NCBI GenBank assembly: GCA_038046625.1
Contig: JBBSVV010000030.1
Coordinates: 1-11,565 of the forward strand
Direction: 5' to 3'
DNA length: 11,565 nucleotides
Source: an archaeon
GTDB taxonomy: Archaea; Iainarchaeota; Iainarchaeia; Iainarchaeales; Iainarchaeaceae
Shown here in pieces: positions 7,712-11,565 of this stretch. The notes beneath the pieces are model-generated. The model was not told the DNA's origin. It saw only the letters and a program-made list of their open reading frames with translations, and did not search any database. Within the stretch, counting starts at the first letter, position 1. Each line of letters starts with the position of its first letter. The position numbers were made by a program, and so were the translations under genes.

Positions 7712-7731
7712 AGGAGCTTGAGGTTGCCGAA
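7607..7731 (+). repeat. 24-bp direct repeat (7607-7630 and 7708-7731), 22/24 identical, period 101 nt
   Basis: ATGAATGGGCTTGAGGTTGCCGAA versus ATGAAGGAGCTTGAGGTTGCCGAA. Confidence 0.9.
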
Positions 7732-8493
7732 AGGGCCGCGGTTGAGGCCGGAAAAATTGCGATGAAGTATTTCCGCGGCGAATTCGAGGTTAAGTACAAG
7801 GGGCGCAATGATTTGGTTACTAATGCTGATGTGGAGTGCGAGAGGCACATAAAAAAAATAATTTCTTCCGAATATCCATTGCATTCTTTTTTGGGCGAGG
7901 AGGAAGGCGCCTCCGGAACCGACAAAAACGTTTGGGTCATAGACCCGATTGATGGCACAACCAATTTTGTGCATGGCGTTGAGCAGTTCTGCCACTCCGT
8001 TGCTTTGGTGAAGGGCAATGAAATCGTTTGCGGCGCGATTTACAATCCTGTGATGAATTTGCTTTACACTGCTTACAAAGGGAAGGGCGCGTTCCTGAAT
8101 GGCAGGCGCATAAAAGTGTCCCGTTCTGAGTCGCTTGGCGAGTGCCTCATAATAACGGGTTTTCCGTATGATGCGGTAGGCGCGGAAGAAAGCGATGTCC
8201 ACGCAAAAACACTTGCTGCAATCGCTTCATTGAGGGGCCGCATTCATGATGTGCGCCGCTTTGGCTCCGCCGCGCTTGATTTGTGCAGGGTTGCGCAGGG
8301 AATCTGCGACGCTTATTTCGAGTACAGGATAAAGCCGTGGGATGTGGCTGCCGGAATGCTGATTGTGAATGAGGCGGGCGGCAAAGTAACCGACATAAAC
8401 GGAAAAGACGCCTCGTTCATGTCCCCGCACTTCGTGGCATCGAACGGTTTGATGCATTCCGAGCTTCTCGGGCATTTGGAGGGGATGCCTTGA
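7708..8493 (+). CDS. suhB: Inositol monophosphatase family protein (SuhB-like)
   Basis: Motifs DLVTNAD, LGEE, WVIDPIDGTTNF, RRFGSAALDL and PWDVAAG. ATG 7708 (MKELEVAERAAVEAG) matches the typical family start. Confidence 0.92.
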   Translation: MKELEVAERAAVEAGKIAMKYFRGEFEVKYKGRNDLVTNADVECERHIKKIISSEYPLHSFLGEEEGASGTDKNVWVIDPIDGTTNFVHGVEQFCHSVALVKGNEIVCGAIYNPVMNLLYTAYKGKGAFLNGRRIKVSRSESLGECLIITGFPYDAVGAEESDVHAKTLAAIASLRGRIHDVRRFGSAALDLCRVAQGICDAYFEYRIKPWDVAAGMLIVNEAGGKVTDINGKDASFMSPHFVASNGLMHSELLGHLEGMP

Positions 8494-9881
8494 AGGGCAC
8501 GATGATTGGCCTCGAGGTGCACGTGCAACTGAGCACGGATTCAAAGCTTTTTTGCTCCTGCCCCACAAGGGGTTCTGATGCCGAGCCGAACACTCGGGTT
8601 TGCGAGATATGCCTGGGCATGCCGGGCTCCAAGCCGGTGTTGAACAAAAAGGCGGTTGATTTTGCATTGAAGGTTGCGCTCGCATTGAATTGCGAACTGA
8701 ACAATGAATTCTTTTTTTCGAGAAAGACTTATTTTTATCCCGACCTTGCGAAGGATTTCCAGATTACTCAGTACGAGGTTCCTGTCGGCAAAAACGGTTT
8801 TGCCGAGGTTGGCGGGAAAAAAATCAGGCTGCGCAGGATTCATCTGGAGGAGGACCCTGCTTCCCTTGTTCATGAATCCGGCGCGAGGCAGAGCGCGTAC
8901 TCCCTTGTTGATTACAACCGCTCGGGAATTCCATTGATTGAGCTCGTTACGGAACCCGACATGCAGAGTCCTGCCGAGGCGCGCAGGTTTTTGGATACGC
9001 TGCTTACAACGCTCAATTATCTTGGGGTTTATGCGCACGGCGAATCCGTTCTGAAGGCGGACTGTAACCTTTCAATTGACGGCGGTTCGCGAGTCGAGGT
9101 GAAGAACGTAACCGGTTTCCGCGCGGTGGAGGCTGCTTTGGGTGCGGAGGAAAAGAGGCAGCGCTCGCTTGTTGATTCAGGCAAAAAAATAGAAATGGAA
9201 ACTCGCGGTTTTGACGAGGCTACGGGCACAACCTACACTTTGAGGAAAAAAGAAACAGAGGAAGACTATGGGTTCATTGTGGACCCCGACCTTCCAAAAG
9301 TTGTTGTTGATTCTAAATGGCTTTCTTTGATAAAGGCAGGTATGCCTGAGCTTGCCGATTCCAAGAAAAAAAGGTTCATGAAGGAATTCGGTCTTTCAGA
9401 GTACGATGCTTCCGTGCTCGCTTCTGATAAGGGCCTTGCCGAGGTTTTCGAGGATGCCGCAAAGGCGGACGCAAAAATTGCCGCTCGTTTGGTTTCGCGC
9501 GAGCTTGCGGGGATACTGAATTATAACCGCGTGAAGCTCGGGGAAACCAAGGTGAACGGCAAGGCAATCAGCGAGCTTGTTTTGCTGGTGAAAGGTTCAA
9601 AGGTCAGCGACAAGAACGCCAAGGAATCGCTGATAAAGTATGTGCTTGAAGGTATTTCTCCGAAAGAGTCCCTGGAAAAGAATAATCTGCTGATTGATGT
9701 TTCTTCTTTGGACCTTGAGGGGATTGTGAAGGAAATAGTAAAGGAAAATCCGGGTGCGTTCTCCGAGTACAAAAGCGGAAATGAAAAATCCCTGAATTTC
9801 ATTATAGGGCTTGTGATGAGGAAAACCAAGGGCAAGGCAAACCCGAAGCAGGTTCAGGATATTCTGGACAGATTGAAATGA
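8490..9881 (+). CDS. gatB: Asp/Glu-tRNA amidotransferase subunit B
   Basis: IGLEVHVQL, KLFCSC, CLGMPG, RKTYFYPDL, RIHLEED, DYNRSGIPLIELVTEPD, RVEVKN and a C-terminal Yqey domain (IGLVMRKTKGKANP). TTG start with GGAGGGG at 8478-8484. Confidence 0.97.
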   Translation: MKGTMIGLEVHVQLSTDSKLFCSCPTRGSDAEPNTRVCEICLGMPGSKPVLNKKAVDFALKVALALNCELNNEFFFSRKTYFYPDLAKDFQITQYEVPVGKNGFAEVGGKKIRLRRIHLEEDPASLVHESGARQSAYSLVDYNRSGIPLIELVTEPDMQSPAEARRFLDTLLTTLNYLGVYAHGESVLKADCNLSIDGGSRVEVKNVTGFRAVEAALGAEEKRQRSLVDSGKKIEMETRGFDEATGTTYTLRKKETEEDYGFIVDPDLPKVVVDSKWLSLIKAGMPELADSKKKRFMKEFGLSEYDASVLASDKGLAEVFEDAAKADAKIAARLVSRELAGILNYNRVKLGETKVNGKAISELVLLVKGSKVSDKNAKESLIKYVLEGISPKESLEKNNLLIDVSSLDLEGIVKEIVKENPGAFSEYKSGNEKSLNFIIGLVMRKTKGKANPKQVQDILDRLK

Positions 9882-10273
9882 TTGAGATTCCGGTTTCCAG
9901 TTCCGAAAGAAATGAATTCATTGACATAACCGGCAAAATTTCTGAAGCCGTTTCCAAAACCAAAATTGAAAGCGGTTTTTGCATAATTTATGTTCCGCAC
10001 ACAACGGCCGCGGTGACGATTAATGAGGGTTCTGACCCGGACGTGCAAACCGACCTGCTTTTTTGGCTCAATGAGCATGTGAAGCAGAACTCTTCATTCA
10101 GGCATTTCGAGGGAAACTCGGATTCGCACGTGAAAAGCTCGCTGATCGGCTGCTCCGTTTCGGTTCTCATTGAAAGCAATGCGCTTGTGCTCGGTGCCTG
10201 GCAAAAAATATTCTTCTGCGAGTTCGACGGTCCCAGAAAACGAAAAGTTTTTTTGAAAATTTTCAGCGCGTGA
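9878..10273 (+). CDS. yjbQ: UPF0047 / YjbQ family protein
   Basis: HTTAAVTINE..DPDV, H.EGNSDSHVKSSL and LGAWQKIFFCEFDGPRKR; ATGA overlap with gatB. Confidence 0.93.
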   Translation: MIEIPVSSSERNEFIDITGKISEAVSKTKIESGFCIIYVPHTTAAVTINEGSDPDVQTDLLFWLNEHVKQNSSFRHFEGNSDSHVKSSLIGCSVSVLIESNALVLGAWQKIFFCEFDGPRKRKVFLKIFSA

Positions 10274-10294
10274 AAAAAATTATGTTGAAATTAG

Positions 10295-10310
10295 CGCAAA
10301 GATATTTAAA
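10295..10310 (+). promoter_or_regulatory. Putative BRE+TATA (CGCAAAGATATTTAAA)
   Basis: Purine-rich element followed by TTTAAA in the intergenic region; would give a start near 10330-10335. Confidence 0.45.
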
Positions 10311-10339
10311 CGTGATGCATTTTCTAGAGTAGTGGCACA

Positions 10340-10370
10340 TTTTTCGGCGCCGTAAATTTTTTTCGGCGCC
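10340..10370 (+). repeat. 12-bp direct repeat TTTTTCGGCGCC x2, able to form a 7-bp GC hairpin
   Basis: Copies at 10340-10351 and 10359-10370. GGCGCCG (10346-10352) pairs with CGGCGCC (10364-10370). A T7 run follows at 10379-10385. Confidence 0.65.
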
Positions 10371-10427
10371 CTTCAAAGTTTTTTTGGGGGTGTGCCTTGT
10401 TTTTTTGCATCGTATGGAGGTACATGT

Positions 10428-10775
10428 ATGAACGTAGACAGCAGTGGAGTTTCGGTTTTGGCGAGGGCGGACTCGTTCCTCTCGAACAGGCTTTTCCTTT
10501 ACATAATAATATTCGGTTTTTCGCGCTCGTGGTTAGAGCAGAGGCACTCGTTGCTGAAGGCAATTCCTTTTCTTTCGGCTTTTTTCGGTTTGCTTGTTGC
10601 GGTTGTGATGCTCGTACTGATTTCGGTTCTTTCAGCGCTTGAGTATGTTTGGGTTTCCGCTAAAAAAGCTTTTTTTGGTCTCGGAAAACTCGAGGTGAAA
10701 GTAGAGGTTGTGGTGAAGCCTTACCATTTCATTGTGATTGCGCTCATGGTGGTGTTTGTGGCGGTTGTTTTTTAG
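10428..10775 (+). CDS. Hypothetical membrane protein (~115 aa, 2-3 hydrophobic segments)
   Basis: SD GGAGGT at 10416-10421, 6 nt before ATG 10428; hydrophobic helices; stop overlaps the convergent PLD stop. Confidence 0.7.
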   Translation: MNVDSSGVSVLARADSFLSNRLFLYIIIFGFSRSWLEQRHSLLKAIPFLSAFFGLLVAVVMLVLISVLSALEYVWVSAKKAFFGLGKLEVKVEVVVKPYHFIVIALMVVFVAVVF

Positions 10776-11275
10776 CCGGCCTCTATCCATAGTGTGAAGA
10801 ATTCGTTTTCGTATTCCTCCGCGATTCCGCGGTCGAACAGCATGAGGAGGTTTTCGCGGTTGGATTCGTTCGCGTTCTTTGTCCAGTTGTACGAGCCCGT
10901 GAGGACAACCTTTTCATCTATTATGGCGAACTTGTCGTGCAGCGTTGCCCTGTCATAAATCCTGGTTTCTATCCCGTCATCCGCCAAACCTTCTTGGGTT
11001 ACGGAGCTTCCTGAAGCGGACTGGAGCCTGTCCATTACTACCCTTACCCTGACATTCCTTTTCTGTGCATCTCCAAGTGCCTGCCCTATTTTCTGCGATG
11101 TGAACGAGTACATTGCTACATCAATCGTGCTATTCGCGCTTTTGATTGCGGATATTATGCGTTCCTCGCACGCATCTGCTGGGCAGAAGAAAGCCCGTGA
11201 ATCGGCTTTTTGCTGTACGCAACCGCAAAAAACAACCAAAACCAATATAATCGTCAATAAACGTAATTTGCCCAT
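10772..11275 (-). CDS. Phospholipase D-family single-HKD protein (Nuc-like nuclease), lipoprotein
   Basis: HDKFAIIDEKVVLTGSYNWT...N.EN, IDVAMYSFT and VRVRVVMD; signal MGKLRLLTIILVLVVFCGC. ATG 11275 is preferred because a TATA-like TTTTAAA lies at 11299-11305 on the minus strand. Confidence 0.9.
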   Translation of the reverse strand: MGKLRLLTIILVLVVFCGCVQQKADSRAFFCPADACEERIISAIKSANSTIDVAMYSFTSQKIGQALGDAQKRNVRVRVVMDRLQSASGSSVTQEGLADDGIETRIYDRATLHDKFAIIDEKVVLTGSYNWTKNANESNRENLLMLFDRGIAEEYENEFFTLWIEAG

Positions 11276-11308
11276 ATGGTGTTTTTTGTGCAATTTGCTT
11301 TAAAATCC

Positions 11309-11340
11309 GGGGTTTTGTGGGTTTTCCGGGTTTTTGCGGG
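11309..11340 (+). repeat. Phased GGG-T4/5 repeats matching a G-quadruplex pattern
   Basis: GGGG-TTTTGT-GGG-TTTTCC-GGG-TTTTTGC-GGG, period 9-10 nt. Confidence 0.6.
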
Positions 11341-11423
11341 TGTTGTACTGTGTTTTATTTATAAGGTGCGGTTTTGTGCCAATTAACCGGTAAGTTTATT
11401 TTGGGTTTTTAAGAGGGGCAAAA

Positions 11424-11552
11424 TCAGTCCACTGCGGTCAGGAAATTATATGTGAAAACCAGTTTGAGCCAAAAGCTGTACAAGTACAATGCTAAAATCA
11501 AGACTCCTATAATTATGGCTATTGCAAGGATTATTTTGAAAACAAGCTTCAT
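11424..11552 (-). CDS. Small single-pass membrane protein, 42 aa (MKLVFKIILAIAIIIGVLILALYLYSFWLKLVFTYNFLTAVD)
   Basis: Manual translation. GGAGAG lies just upstream at the window edge; basic N-terminus followed by about 20 hydrophobic residues. The frame is open to the edge, so it may be the end of a longer gene. Confidence 0.5.
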   Translation of the reverse strand: MKLVFKIILAIAIIIGVLILALYLYSFWLKLVFTYNFLTAVD

Positions 11553-11565
11553 AAATATCTCTCCA

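Noticed and set aside
8476..8493. Similar C-termini of GatA (LEGLK) and SuhB (LEGMP) as a duplication scar
   Set aside because: Explained more simply by the embedded GGAGG Shine-Dalgarno for the next gene.
10397..10642. Alternative 81-aa ORF in another frame
   Set aside because: The SD is only 2 nt from its ATG 10424; ATG 10428 has proper spacing and gives a coherent membrane protein.

Overview
Chromosomal window that most likely comes from an archaeon, probably DPANN. This is an inference from TATA boxes ~22-31 nt upstream of start codons, a C-terminal PIP-box-like motif, a CGNGxCE...CPxD..C surface module and divergent GatA/GatB motifs. The core is an ATGA/TTGA-coupled operon: aspS (bacterial-type, non-discriminating), gatC, gatA, a 34-codon ORF, suhB-like IMPase, gatB, yjbQ. 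This is the indirect Asn-tRNA pathway. Around it are a coiled-coil protein, a beta-CASP/MBL nuclease, a lipoprotein GH39-like glycosidase, a small membrane protein, a lipoprotein PLD/Nuc-type nuclease and a 42-aa membrane ORF. The most notable unexplained feature is a 93-bp non-coding element present twice (1307-1399 and 4018-4110), each time between divergent genes. Each copy is an inverted doublet of a 43-bp unit (TAGCARACCA-N23-TGGTYTGCTA) joined by GA, with compensatory changes in both stems. Also notable is a 34-codon ORF that repeats the suhB start and is ATGA-coupled at both ends.
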